Shown: positions 48,192 through 59,118, counted from the first letter of the stretch. The stretch: 64,000 nucleotides of DNA from Candidatus Zambryskiibacteriota bacterium (GCA_963840745.1 CAWJAC010000005.1:17615-81614), one strand, 5' to 3'. Translations and numbers: made by a program. Notes: a model not told the origin generated them from the letters alone.

Positions 48192-49427
48192 ATGGTTTTT
48201 GGTTTTATACCACCTGAAATTTGGAATGGTCTTTTGTTGGCATTTAAATATGTCTATGTAGCATTGCCCGTCTGGCTTCCGGCAATTTTTTTGGTGGTGT
48301 TATTTAACGCTCATCTTTATTACAAAAGGACAAAATTTTGGCAAAAAGAAGGTTCGGTACTCTTGGAAATAAAATTGCCGAGAGAAATAATGAAATCTCC
48401 TTTGGCTATGGAAGTAGTCTTGGGAGTTTTTTCCCAGGGTGGAGGCGAGGGTACTTGGATAAATAGGATATGGGAAGGCAAAACCAGATCTTGGTTTTCA
48501 TTGGAGATTATTTCAGTCGGGGGTAAAATAAGATTTTTCATTTGGACCCAACCAAAGTACAGAAATGTGATTGAAGCGCAGATATACTCTCAATATCCAG
48601 GCATAGAAATTTACGAGGCCGAAGATTACACTAAATCTTTTTATTACAATCCCGACATAAATAATATTTGGGCTTGTGAATTTGCTCTGACAAAACCCGA
48701 TCCGTATCCAATCAAAACTTATGTAGATTACGGGCTTGATAAAGACCCAAAAGAAGAATTTAAAACTGATCCCATGACTCCTATGATAGAATTTTTGGGT
48801 TCAATCACAGAAGGACACAATATTTGGATTCAGATGATAATCCGGGCCCACAAAAAAAGACGTCTATTTGATGTCTTTGGAGAAAGAGAAGATTCATGGA
48901 AAGATGAGTCCAAAGAAGAGATAGAAAAAGTTGTGGAAAAGTTTAGACCAAAGGACAAAGAAAAACCCGGCAGACCCGGAACAAAAGGAGAAACCGAAAT
49001 AATAACGGCTTTGGAACGCAGTGTGTCAAAAATACCATTTGATTGTGGTATTAGGGGAATTTATATCGCAGACAAAGATAAATTTAATCCGGCAAATATA
49101 GGCGGTATAGCAGGTTCTTTTAAACAATACGGATCCGGAGACCTAAACGGCTTCAAACCAGCCGGCTGGTTTACTATTTTTGATTATCCTTGGCAGGAAT
49201 GGGGAGGCTTAAAAGAACAATTGAAAACGAGAGTGTTGGAAGAATACAAACTCCGCCGATATTTTTATTCGCCATGGAGAGGCAAGAAGTTTTACAGCAA
49301 ACCCTTTGTTTTAAATGCCGAAGAGCTTGCCACTATTTATCACTTCCCGGGCTCTGTCTCCAACACTCCAACATTCGAAAGAATACCTTCACTTAAATCT
49401 AAAGCTCCAGCAAATCTGCCTATCTAA
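48192..49427 (+). CDS. membrane-anchored hypothetical protein
   Basis: 411 aa. One N-terminal TM helix, no recognisable motifs. Confidence 0.4.
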   Translation: MVFGFIPPEIWNGLLLAFKYVYVALPVWLPAIFLVVLFNAHLYYKRTKFWQKEGSVLLEIKLPREIMKSPLAMEVVLGVFSQGGGEGTWINRIWEGKTRSWFSLEIISVGGKIRFFIWTQPKYRNVIEAQIYSQYPGIEIYEAEDYTKSFYYNPDINNIWACEFALTKPDPYPIKTYVDYGLDKDPKEEFKTDPMTPMIEFLGSITEGHNIWIQMIIRAHKKRRLFDVFGEREDSWKDESKEEIEKVVEKFRPKDKEKPGRPGTKGETEIITALERSVSKIPFDCGIRGIYIADKDKFNPANIGGIAGSFKQYGSGDLNGFKPAGWFTIFDYPWQEWGGLKEQLKTRVLEEYKLRRYFYSPWRGKKFYSKPFVLNAEELATIYHFPGSVSNTPTFERIPSLKSKAPANLPI

Positions 49428-49435
49428 CAATCTCA

Positions 49436-50520
49436 TGAAAAAATTAATTAAATTAAAAGAGCTGCTGCTCCAGAAATTAGAAAATTTTAGACTCAAGATA
49501 GCTACAAATCCTAAGTTTATGCTTTGGCGCCTGCGACTTTTTGGCGTCAATCCTTCTTTAAGCAAACATATATTCAAAATAATAACTGCTATCATCGCCC
49601 TTTTATTGATTTTCGGAATATTTTACACCGTGAGCTGGAGAGCACCGAGACCATTCCCGGATCAGGCGCTTGTCACTATCGAAAGAGGCGAGTCTTTGAC
49701 ACAAGCGGCCACTTCTCTTAAAGAAAAAGGAGTTATTCGTTCGGCTTTTTGGCTTAAAGTTTTCATAACAATCATGGGCGGAGAGAAAAGGGTCATCGCC
49801 GGTGATTATTATTTTCCCAGCGCAGTAAGTGTTTTTAAAGTGGCAAAAATGATTCACGATGGAGAGTTTGGTTTGATCGCCATTAAAGTCACCATTCCCG
49901 AAGGTACTTCTTCAATAGAGATAGCAAAAATTTTAGAAAAACAATTTCCTGCTTTTAATTCCAAAGATTTTGCCAAAGAGGTTGCTGACAACAATTATGA
50001 AGGCTTTTTGTTCCCAGATACTTATTTCTTCATGCCAAACACCAAAGCTCTCGATGTCATATCAATGATGCGGGAAAATTTTGCCAGACAAATAAAACCG
50101 TATGAGGATGATATTTCGAAATCCAAAAAGTCTATGAACGATATCGTCACTATGGCTTCAATAATAGAAGAAGAGGCTGACGGCTCTCTGGAATCAAAAA
50201 GAATTGTTTCCGGAATTTTATGGAAAAGATTGAGTCTCAAAATGCCGCTGCAGGTTGATTCGCCATTTGTCTATTACAACGGCAAAAATTCCTACACTTT
50301 GACTAAAGAAGATCTGACTGAAGTAGAGCCTTACAATACCTATGTGAATAAAGGGTTACCCCCGACTGCCATTGGTAATCCTGGTATTGATTCTCTGAGA
50401 GCCGCTATCGCGCCCACCAACACTGATTATTTGTACTTTCTTTCCGATAAAAAAGGCAATGTTTATTACGCCAAAACTTTCGAGGATCATCAGACAAATA
50501 GACAGCTGCATTTGAATTAA
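49436..50520 (+). CDS. mltG: endolytic murein transglycosylase MltG/YceG (paralog 2)
   Basis: 'YNTYVNKGLPPTAIGNPGIDSLRAAIAP', N-terminal TM helix. Start taken at the ATG at 49436; the track ORF starts at 49315. Confidence 0.75.
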
Positions 50521-50533
50521 AAAGTAAGCAATT

Positions 50534-51646
50534 ATGAAAAGAAAACAAAAAGCTTGCACTGAGCGAAGTCTAAGGGTTTTTGTTGGAATCTCTGGAGGCG
50601 TTGACAGTGCTGTGAGTGTCGCTTTATTAAAAAAGGAAGGCTATGATGTCACTGGGGTTTTCATTAAGGCCTGGACCCCAGAGGGTTATCCTTGCACTTG
50701 GAAAGAGGACAGGCGAAGCGCCATGAGAGTGGCAGCGGTTTTGGATATTCCATTTATTACTCTTGACCTGGAAAAAGAATACAAAAAAGAAGTGGTTGAT
50801 TATATGATACGTGAGTACAAAATCGGCAGGACTCCCAATCCTGATGTAATGTGCAACAAAGAAATAAAATTCGGGCATTTTTTGAGGTTTGCATTAAAAA
50901 ACGGCGCTGATTTTGTAGCAACAGGACATTACGCGCAAAATAAAAAGGAGGGAGGATTGCAAATCTTGAGCGAAGCGAAGGACAAAAACAAAGACCAATC
51001 ATATTTCCTCTGGACCCTAACTCAAGACCAGCTCAAGCATATTCTTTTTCCCATAGGACATTTGCAAAAATCAGAAGTCAGAAAACTGGCGACAAAGTTT
51101 GGCCTGCCCCAGGCGACACGCAAAGACAGCCAGGGGCTTTGTTTTTTGGGGCAAGTTCACATGAAAGAATTTTTGTCTAGATACATTCCACAGAAGAGGG
51201 GGGGTGTTTTAGATTTGGAAGGCAAAATAATCGGCCACCACAATGGAGCGTTGTTTTTCACCATAGGCGAAAGGCATGGTTTTACCATCACCAAAAAATC
51301 AGACAGAGAAGCACCTCTATATGTGGTTGCCAAAAATATTAAAAAAAATACAATAACAGTTGCTACGAAAAATGCTTTTCAAAAAGTCCTCGGGTCGCCT
51401 TTGCAGAGCTCAACCAGACTTTCTTCAAAGCATTTTTCTACGCAACCCGCTCATGGCAAAAAGTTATCTTGCCGCATCAGATACAAACAAGAAAAAGTTG
51501 GATGTAAAATTGAAGTTAGGAAAAACGAAACGAGAGTAATTTTTGAAAAGCCGCAATTTGGAGTTTCCCCCGGCCAGTCTTTGGTTTTATATGATAATGA
51601 AATTTGCCTCGGAGGAGGTATAATAGATTCGACAAGCTCACTATAA
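50534..51646 (+). CDS. mnmA: tRNA 2-thiouridine(34) synthase
   Basis: PP-loop 'VGISGGVDSAVSV', 'CNKEIKFG', 'ATGHYA'. Confidence 0.9.
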   Translation: MKRKQKACTERSLRVFVGISGGVDSAVSVALLKKEGYDVTGVFIKAWTPEGYPCTWKEDRRSAMRVAAVLDIPFITLDLEKEYKKEVVDYMIREYKIGRTPNPDVMCNKEIKFGHFLRFALKNGADFVATGHYAQNKKEGGLQILSEAKDKNKDQSYFLWTLTQDQLKHILFPIGHLQKSEVRKLATKFGLPQATRKDSQGLCFLGQVHMKEFLSRYIPQKRGGVLDLEGKIIGHHNGALFFTIGERHGFTITKKSDREAPLYVVAKNIKKNTITVATKNAFQKVLGSPLQSSTRLSSKHFSTQPAHGKKLSCRIRYKQEKVGCKIEVRKNETRVIFEKPQFGVSPGQSLVLYDNEICLGGGIIDSTSSL

Positions 51647-51654
51647 ATAAATTA

Positions 51655-52488
51655 ATGAATAATAAATACATAATAAAAGCGACGGGTGAGAGGGAGGAGT
51701 TTAATGCACAGAAATTGCGAGATTCTTTATTGCGGGCCGGAGCCAGTCCGGAAATTGCCGACAAAATTGTGAATCAAGTAGAGAAAGAGCTAAAAGACAA
51801 TGCCAGCACCAAAGATATTTATAATCACGCTTTTGAACTTTTAAAAAAAGAAGAAAGTCCGGCCACATCCAGATATTCACTTAGGAGAGCGGTGATGGAG
51901 CTTGGACCAACCGGTTTTCCTTTTGAAAAATTCGTCGCTGAAATTTTCCACACCAAAGGATTTGAGACTACTACTGACTTTATTGCCAAAGGCGAGTGCG
52001 CCAACCATGAAATAGATATCGTGGCTTGGAAAGAAAAAGAACTTATTTTTGTAGAAGCTAAATTTCATAATGAGCTTGGCATAAAATCAGATTTAAAAAT
52101 TGCACTTTATATAAAAGCCAGATGGGAAGATTTGGCAAATCAAGAATTTGAAGAGTTCGGTCCAAAGAAAAAAATGAGCGAAGGCTGGCTTATCACCAAC
52201 ACTAAATTTTCGGAGTCGGCCATCAAATATGCAAAATGCCGAAATATGAAATTGGTCGGCTGGAATTATCCTGAAGTTGGCAATCTGCAAGACCTTATTG
52301 AAGAAACTCACTTGCACCCCATTACTTGCCTCAACTCCAGTACCCCAAGCGATGAGAGACTTTTGATGGAATTTGGCATTGTTCTTTGCAAACAAGCGCT
52401 TGATAATCCTGATATATTGGTGCAAGCTGGTTTAAGCAAAGATAAGATTGATAAAATGATCGCAGAGATAAAACTAATTTCTAATTAA
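51655..52488 (+). CDS. ATP-cone domain fused to Mrr/restriction-endonuclease-like PD-(D/E)XK domain
   Basis: ~277 aa from the ATG at 51655. N-terminal ATP-cone-like 'IIKATGEREEFNAQKLRDSLLRAG', then 'HEIDIVAWKEKELIFVEAKF' (D...E.K). Confidence 0.55.
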   Translation: MNNKYIIKATGEREEFNAQKLRDSLLRAGASPEIADKIVNQVEKELKDNASTKDIYNHAFELLKKEESPATSRYSLRRAVMELGPTGFPFEKFVAEIFHTKGFETTTDFIAKGECANHEIDIVAWKEKELIFVEAKFHNELGIKSDLKIALYIKARWEDLANQEFEEFGPKKKMSEGWLITNTKFSESAIKYAKCRNMKLVGWNYPEVGNLQDLIEETHLHPITCLNSSTPSDERLLMEFGIVLCKQALDNPDILVQAGLSKDKIDKMIAEIKLISN

Positions 52489-52504
52489 CCTAATTGACCT
52501 AATA

Positions 52505-53245
52505 ATGGCGTTTTACAGAAAAAAATTATATGACCCGAAAGCAGAGGAGGCTTTCAAAATAAGCCGAAGTAAAATTGATTTGTTTGTGGAGTGCCCGAGA
52601 TGTTTTTATCTGGACCGCCGGCTCGGCGTCTCGCGGCCCCAGGGATTTCCATTTAACTTAAACAGCGCTGTCGATACATTGCTCAAAAAAGAATTTGATA
52701 TTCACCGCAAGCAAAAAACTCCACATCCACTTATGGAAAGTTATGGTATAGACGCTGTGCCATTTTTAGACGCTCGGATGGAAAAGTGGCGGGAAAATTT
52801 CGCCGGTGTGGAAGTATTTCATGAGCCGACAAATTTTGTTGTTTTTGGCGCTGTAGACGATATTTGGGTAGATAAAAAGGGGGAACTGATGGTGGTTGAT
52901 TATAAAGCAACAAGTAAAACCGAGGAGGTAAATTTGGACGCCGAGTGGCAAGATGGTTATAAAAGACAAATGGAAGTTTATCAATGGCTCTTGCGGCACA
53001 ATGATTTGAAAGTCTCCGACACCGGATATTTTGTTTATGCAAACGGCAAGCGAGACAGGGAAGCATTTGACGGCAAATTGGAATTTGATATAAAACTCAT
53101 TCCTTATACCGGCAAAGATGATTGGATCGAAAAAACTCTTTTGGATATGAAAAAATGTTTGGACTCTGATGGAATTCCAAAATCTTCCCCCAATTGTGAG
53201 TATTGTAAATATATTAATTCAGTGAATAATGCGAACACAAAATAA
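52505..53245 (+). CDS. PD-(D/E)XK nuclease family protein (Cas4/RecB-like with Cys cluster)
   Basis: 246 aa. N-terminal 'CPRCF', 'GAVDDIWVD...VVDYK' (D...D.K), C-terminal 'CEYCKY'. Confidence 0.55.
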   Translation: MAFYRKKLYDPKAEEAFKISRSKIDLFVECPRCFYLDRRLGVSRPQGFPFNLNSAVDTLLKKEFDIHRKQKTPHPLMESYGIDAVPFLDARMEKWRENFAGVEVFHEPTNFVVFGAVDDIWVDKKGELMVVDYKATSKTEEVNLDAEWQDGYKRQMEVYQWLLRHNDLKVSDTGYFVYANGKRDREAFDGKLEFDIKLIPYTGKDDWIEKTLLDMKKCLDSDGIPKSSPNCEYCKYINSVNNANTK

Positions 53246-53849
53246 AATGAAAAATAAAGATGAGCGAAAAGAATTGATGCGGAAAATAAAAGATGAGGTG
53301 GTGGCGCTCAAGGAGTCGCCGCTTTATGAATTTAGGATTGAAAATAAAAATTTACCGGTCATAGGCGAGGGTAGCCACTTTGCCAAAATAATGTTTATAG
53401 GCGAAGCGCCGGGCCGCAACGAAGCCAAAACCGGCCGGCCTTTTTGCGGAGCGGCGGGCAAGATTTTAGATAAACTCCTTGAAAGCGCCGACATTCCCAG
53501 AGAAGAAATTTACATAACAAACATTGTCAAAGATCGCCCGCCCCAAAACAGAGACCCTCTGCCCGAAGAAATAAAAATCTACGGGCCGTTCCTCGACAGA
53601 CAGATTGAAATTATTCAACCAAAAGTCATCGCCACTCTCGGCCGCTACGCCATGGGTTATGTTATGAATAAGCTGGGTTTGGAACTGGAACTTGATGTTA
53701 TAAGCAAAATGCACGGCCGGACTTTTGATACTGAGACCAGCTACGGCAAAATAAAAGTTGTGCCGCTCTACCATCCGGCCGTCGCCGTCTACAATTCCCA
53801 TACCCTAGACCAGCTTAAAAAAGATTTCCAAATTTTGAAAGATTTGTAA
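53229..53849 (+). CDS. uracil-DNA glycosylase, family 4-type
   Basis: 'GEAPGRNEAKTGRPFCGAAGKIL'; Cys ligands in 'FCGAAG'. Confidence 0.8.
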   Translation: MRTQNKMKNKDERKELMRKIKDEVVALKESPLYEFRIENKNLPVIGEGSHFAKIMFIGEAPGRNEAKTGRPFCGAAGKILDKLLESADIPREEIYITNIVKDRPPQNRDPLPEEIKIYGPFLDRQIEIIQPKVIATLGRYAMGYVMNKLGLELELDVISKMHGRTFDTETSYGKIKVVPLYHPAVAVYNSHTLDQLKKDFQILKDL

Positions 53850-53872
53850 ATTTAAGGTAGTATTGCAAGACT

Positions 53873-55639
53873 ATGAAATACAAAACTGAGTGGGATTTAA
53901 CTCATATATATAAGAGCGACCCAAAAAGAGGGGTGGTAAAAGATTGCACCCAAATAAAAAAACTCTATCTGGCCTTTGCTAAAAAATACAAAAAAAACAA
54001 AGAACATTTGAAAAGCGCCAAAGCTTTGGCTAAAGCTATTTTGGAATATGAGAATCTATCCAAAAGCCCGGCAGGCGAAAGGCCTGGCGCTTATTTCTCG
54101 CACCGCACATCATTAAATGCTCAGGACAACGAGGCTCGCGCCGAGATTGCTAAACTTTCTGATTTTTATGCAAACCTCGGAAACGAGATGGAATTTTTCT
54201 TTTTGGAAATCGGCAAGATTCCAAAAGAATTGCAAAACAAATTTTTGAAATCAAAAGAACTCGCGCCTTTCAAATATTTCCTTAAAAAACTTTTTGAAAA
54301 CGCCAAGTATCACCTCTCCGAAGCAGAAGAGAAGATAATGAATCTCAAAGGCACACCGGCTCATAGCATGTGGGTTTCCGGATTCAGCAAACTTCTGAGT
54401 AAACAAACGGTCAGATTTGAAGGCAAAGATATGCCAATTGCCGAAGCTTTTGCCAAAATTCCGACACTAAAAACAAATAAAAGGCGCTCTCTTCACATGG
54501 AAGCGATGAGAACCTTAGAAAAAATCAGCGACTTTTGCGAAAGCGAGATAAATGCGGTAGTCACAAACAAAAAAATAAACGACAAACTTCGCGGATTTAA
54601 AACACCCTACGAAGCAACGGTGAAAGGTTATGAAAACGATTCAAAAACCGTTAAAGATTTGGTGGAGACAGTGACCAAAAACTTCAGCATCGCCCACAAA
54701 TTTTACAAAATAAAAGCAGAGATGCTTGGAGAAAAGAAACTCTCTTATGCCGACAGGGGAGCCAAGGTTGGTAAAACGGAAATAAAAATTGCTTTTGAAG
54801 AAGCGGTAAACAAAGTTATAAAAACTTTCAATGAAGCCGACCCTGACTTTGGAAATTTTGTTAAAGAAATGTTTGATGATGGTCTGGTGGACGTATTCCC
54901 CAAAATAGGCAAGCATGGCGGAGCTTTTTGCTCAAGCGGTACAGGTGTTCCGACTTACATTTTGCTCAACCACATTCCAGATTTCAAATCGATGACAACG
55001 TTGGCACACGAAATGGGTCATGGTATTCACGCCAAATATTCAAAGAAACAGAGACCTTTATACGAAAGCCACACCATAGCTACCGCAGAAACAGCCAGCA
55101 CATTTTTTGAAAATTTAGTTTTTGAAGAAGCCTTGCAAAACATATCACCCAAGGAAAAAATAATTCTGCTGCACGACAAAATCGCAGATGATATTTCTAC
55201 CATCTTCCGCCAGATTGCCTGCTTTAACTTTGAAAATGAATTGCACCTGACAATAAGGAAAGAGGGATTTTTGGAGAAAGAAAAAATAGTCACATTGATG
55301 AATAAGCATATGCAAAGTTATTTGGGGCCGGTATTTGAGTTGGTGCCGGAGGACGGTTACTTCTTCGTCAATTGGTCGCACATTCGCAACTTCTTCTACG
55401 TTTATTCTTACGCCTTTGGTCAACTCATATCAGATGCACTTTATGAAAGATATAAAGAAGATAAAACCAAAATAAAAGATGTAATTCAATTTCTTTCTGC
55501 CGGATGCTCCGATTCACCAGAAAACATTTTCAAAAAAATAGGCATTAATCCTAGTAAAAAACTGTTTGAAACCGGCCTAAACCGCATTAAAACAGACATC
55601 GACGAATTAGAAAAGCTCTGGGAGACAAATAAGAAATAA
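53873..55639 (+). CDS. pepF: M3B-family oligoendopeptidase (PepF-like)
   Basis: 588 aa. Zinc motif 'HEMGHGIH' (HExxH). Confidence 0.8.
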   Translation: MKYKTEWDLTHIYKSDPKRGVVKDCTQIKKLYLAFAKKYKKNKEHLKSAKALAKAILEYENLSKSPAGERPGAYFSHRTSLNAQDNEARAEIAKLSDFYANLGNEMEFFFLEIGKIPKELQNKFLKSKELAPFKYFLKKLFENAKYHLSEAEEKIMNLKGTPAHSMWVSGFSKLLSKQTVRFEGKDMPIAEAFAKIPTLKTNKRRSLHMEAMRTLEKISDFCESEINAVVTNKKINDKLRGFKTPYEATVKGYENDSKTVKDLVETVTKNFSIAHKFYKIKAEMLGEKKLSYADRGAKVGKTEIKIAFEEAVNKVIKTFNEADPDFGNFVKEMFDDGLVDVFPKIGKHGGAFCSSGTGVPTYILLNHIPDFKSMTTLAHEMGHGIHAKYSKKQRPLYESHTIATAETASTFFENLVFEEALQNISPKEKIILLHDKIADDISTIFRQIACFNFENELHLTIRKEGFLEKEKIVTLMNKHMQSYLGPVFELVPEDGYFFVNWSHIRNFFYVYSYAFGQLISDALYERYKEDKTKIKDVIQFLSAGCSDSPENIFKKIGINPSKKLFETGLNRIKTDIDELEKLWETNKK

Positions 55640-55665
55640 TCGTCTTTTTGTTGTAAAATGGAAAC

Positions 55666-57345
55666 ATGACATCGGTGGAAATCAGAAAAAAATATTTGGA
55701 ATTTTTTGAAAGCAAAGGACATAAAATAATCCCGTCGGCTTCCTTGGTACCCGAAAACGATCCTTCAGTGCTTTTCACGACAGCGGGAATGCAACAATTT
55801 AAACCCTATTATATCGGCAAGAAAAATGCAGAGGAGAATTTTGGCACATTAAATACCGTTTCCGTTCAAAAATGCGTCCGCACTTCGGATATTGATGAGG
55901 TGGGAGATGAAAGTCACCTGACATTTTTTGAAATGCTCGGCAATTTTTCGTTTGGCGGATATTGGAAAGAGGAAGCTATAAAATACGCCCACGAATTTAT
56001 AACCAGTCCAAAGTGGATGAATTTGAAGATAGATTATGTTTCTGTTTTCGCCGGCGAAGAAGGTGTGCCTGCCGATACGGAGTCGGAAAAAATTTGGAAA
56101 AGTATTGATTCAAAAATAGAAGTAAAGAAATCAGGAAGAGCCGATAACTTTTGGGGACCCACCGGAGAAGAGGGTCCTTGCGGCCCTACCACCGAAATTT
56201 ACGTTGATGGAATTGAGATTTGGAATATTGTTTTCAACGAATTTTATCAAAATAAAGATAAAACTTTGCGACCACTCGAAATCAAAGGCATTGATACCGG
56301 TATGGGCTTGGAGCGCCTGACCAAAGTTGTCCAAAAAGTAATGACTGTTTTTGATACGGATTTGTTTGTACCAATATTAGAAACTTTGTCTAAAGTAGAG
56401 AACGTTCATATCAAACGAATTGTGGCTGATCATGTTCGTGCTTCGGTATTTATGATTGCTGACGGAATAATGCCTTCGAACAAAGAAAGGGGATATGTTT
56501 TGCGACGTTTAATACGGAGAATTATTGCTCATGAACGTACACAAAACAAAAACTTCTCTTCATATGACGTTGTTAGTTCCGTTATCAATACATATAGTGA
56601 TATAGATAGAAATATAAAAGAAAATAAAATATTAGAAGTATTTATGGATGAGGCAAAAGATTTTTCCAGTACATTAGAAAAAGGATTGAAAGAGTTTGAA
56701 AGAGGTGTTGATCCGTTCACCCTTTTCACTTCTTACGGATTTCCGCTTGAATTAACGAAAGAGCTAGCCAAAGAAAAGGGGATTGAGATAGATGAAAATA
56801 AATTTAATGAAGAAATGAAGAAGCACCAAGAGATTTCAAAAGCAGGAATGGAGCAAAAGTTTAAGGGGGGATTGGGAGGACACAGCGAAATGGAAATAAA
56901 ATATCACACAGCCACTCATCTTTTAAGGCAAGCGCTGGAAATAGTTTTGGGAGAAAAGATTATGCAGAAAGGAAGTAACATAACGGCCGAGAGATTGAGG
57001 TTTGATTTTAATCACGATACCAAAATGACAGATGAGGAAAAGAAAAAAGTGGAGGATTTGGTAAACCAAAAAATTTCTGAAAATTTGCCGGTTAATAAAG
57101 TAGTAATGAATAGGGAAGAAGCCGAAAAAACCGGTGCCGCTCATGCTTTTGGCGACAAATATGGTGACGAAGTTAGCATTTATATAATCGGTCCAAACCC
57201 TTCGGCGGGCTCAGGATCTCCTTTCAGTCGAGAATTTTGCGGCGGACCCCACGTTTCCAATACTTCTGAACTCGGCCATTTCAAAATCACCAAGGAAGAG
57301 TCCGTCTCCGCCGGCGTCCGCCGCATTAAGGCAGTTTTGGAATAA
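55666..57345 (+). CDS. alaS: alanine--tRNA ligase, minimal form (catalytic plus editing core, no C-Ala domain)
   Basis: 559 aa. N-terminal class II catalytic 'LFTTAGMQQFKPYY', 'FFEMLGNFSFG'. Editing-domain 'HTATHLL' and 'CGGPHV'. Confidence 0.8.
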   Translation: MTSVEIRKKYLEFFESKGHKIIPSASLVPENDPSVLFTTAGMQQFKPYYIGKKNAEENFGTLNTVSVQKCVRTSDIDEVGDESHLTFFEMLGNFSFGGYWKEEAIKYAHEFITSPKWMNLKIDYVSVFAGEEGVPADTESEKIWKSIDSKIEVKKSGRADNFWGPTGEEGPCGPTTEIYVDGIEIWNIVFNEFYQNKDKTLRPLEIKGIDTGMGLERLTKVVQKVMTVFDTDLFVPILETLSKVENVHIKRIVADHVRASVFMIADGIMPSNKERGYVLRRLIRRIIAHERTQNKNFSSYDVVSSVINTYSDIDRNIKENKILEVFMDEAKDFSSTLEKGLKEFERGVDPFTLFTSYGFPLELTKELAKEKGIEIDENKFNEEMKKHQEISKAGMEQKFKGGLGGHSEMEIKYHTATHLLRQALEIVLGEKIMQKGSNITAERLRFDFNHDTKMTDEEKKKVEDLVNQKISENLPVNKVVMNREEAEKTGAAHAFGDKYGDEVSIYIIGPNPSAGSGSPFSREFCGGPHVSNTSELGHFKITKEESVSAGVRRIKAVLE

Positions 57346-57406
57346 ATAAAACATTTTTCCACTTTTTTGTTGCACACAAAATAAAATAAAGGTCTATAAT
57401 GTAGAC

Positions 57407-58828
57407 ATGCCAAGAATACAATTTAGCGATGTTACTCCTCCAGAGAATAGGAGAAGCATTAGGGATATACCAATTCCAAACGGCGGCAAGAGGAAAGTGC
57501 CGATTGTTATAAAACCGGAAAAAACAGCAGTTCAAGAAACAGAGCCTGTTGCTTTTGATAGACCATCTTCTGATTTTAATTCCAAAATGTCCGAGATAAC
57601 AGAAAAGAAAGAGGGAGGTGCTTATGAATATTATTATCCCAAAAACGATCAGGAACTGCAGAAAGCCGGTAAACATTTAAATAAATCGAGAAAGAAGCAG
57701 TGGATATTTGGGACTATAATAGCTGTTTTAATCGGCATTTTTATCGTGAGTATGATGACTGTGTTTGCTTCAGCTACCGTATCCATCACACCCAAAAGCC
57801 AAGATATCGATGTGGATATGAAAATAACCGGCACAGTAGGGAAGACGGCGGGTACAGTTAGATATGAAGTTGTAAAACTTTCAGAATCAAAAACAGCCTC
57901 TGTCCCGGCAACAGGCGAGACGGCGGCCGAAATAAAAGCTTCCGGCAAAATTGTCATTTATAATGATTTCTCCACTGATCCCCAAAGACTTATCGTCCGC
58001 ACCAGATTTGAAACCCCGAATGGCCTTATATATAGAATACCGGAGTCGGTTGTCGTCCCGGGCAAAACAGTCAAAAACGGGGTAGATACGCCAGGCAACA
58101 TAGAAACAACGATTTTTGCCGATGAAGCTGGAGATAAATACAATATTAAAAAATCTGACTTTACTATTCCCGGATTTAAAAGCGACGCCAATCGTTATAA
58201 AAATATTTATGCCAGATCGTCGACCGACATTACCGGCGGTTTTGTAGGCAAAGTCAAAACAGTTTCCGATACTGATAAACAAACCGCTTTGCAAAACATC
58301 GATTCGCAAGCGCAAACTGAATTGGAAAAAAATCTTGAGTCAAAAATACCGGAAGAGCTGACTTTAATATCGGGTTCCATAGTATACAAATCAGAAGAAT
58401 TGGCCCCCCAAGAAGAATCTTCCTCCGTTACTTTAGAGAAGAACGTAACGGCTTATGCCATAATGCTTAACAAGCAAGATTTATCAGACCAAATAACAAA
58501 TGAATATACCGCCAGCTCTTCAGATTGGAGTAATATCAAATCAATCATTAAAGATTTTTCCCTTTTGAAAATGATTACTCCACCGGACAATTTAGATACC
58601 GGTAATAATTTAAGTCTGCAAATTAACGGCAAGGCAAAGGTTTTAGCGGATATCGATACAAATATTATAGGCCAAAGGCTCTTGGGTGCTCCCAAAGGAG
58701 ATGTGGCCAAACTTATGGATGAATTTGCCGGCATCTCAAATATAAGGAGCGCCATAAGACCCATCTGGAAGCAAACTTTCCCGTCAAATTCTTCAAAAAT
58801 ATACGTCCTAATAACCGATGGTAACTAA
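57407..58828 (+). CDS. membrane-anchored hypothetical protein
   Basis: 473 aa. Basic N-terminus, one TM helix, large extracytoplasmic domain. Confidence 0.4.
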   Translation: MPRIQFSDVTPPENRRSIRDIPIPNGGKRKVPIVIKPEKTAVQETEPVAFDRPSSDFNSKMSEITEKKEGGAYEYYYPKNDQELQKAGKHLNKSRKKQWIFGTIIAVLIGIFIVSMMTVFASATVSITPKSQDIDVDMKITGTVGKTAGTVRYEVVKLSESKTASVPATGETAAEIKASGKIVIYNDFSTDPQRLIVRTRFETPNGLIYRIPESVVVPGKTVKNGVDTPGNIETTIFADEAGDKYNIKKSDFTIPGFKSDANRYKNIYARSSTDITGGFVGKVKTVSDTDKQTALQNIDSQAQTELEKNLESKIPEELTLISGSIVYKSEELAPQEESSSVTLEKNVTAYAIMLNKQDLSDQITNEYTASSSDWSNIKSIIKDFSLLKMITPPDNLDTGNNLSLQINGKAKVLADIDTNIIGQRLLGAPKGDVAKLMDEFAGISNIRSAIRPIWKQTFPSNSSKIYVLITDGN

Positions 58829-58875
58829 ACTTGACACTAAGTAGGCTAATATGCTAACCTTTTGCTATTCTTCAA

Positions 58876-59106
58876 ATGACAGATAAAGAAAGGTTGGAGA
58901 CGAAAATTGGTATGATAACGGAAGCGCTTCCGAATGCGTTTTTCCGTGTCAAATTACAAGAAGGAGAATTGCTTGCATATTTATCGGGTAAAATGAGACT
59001 TAACAGAATTAAAGTCATCATTGGCGATTCTGTTGAAGTTGTGCTTGATCCCTATGGGGGAAAGGGCAGAATTGTGCGCAGACTTGATAGTAGACGAGCC
59101 ATTTAA
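58876..59106 (+). CDS. infA: translation initiation factor IF-1
   Basis: 'GMITEALPNAFFRVKLQEGELLAYLSGKMRLNRIKVIIGDSVEV' S1-like fold. Confidence 0.9.
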   Translation: MTDKERLETKIGMITEALPNAFFRVKLQEGELLAYLSGKMRLNRIKVIIGDSVEVVLDPYGGKGRIVRRLDSRRAI

Positions 59107-59118
59107 TAGGGAATGGGA

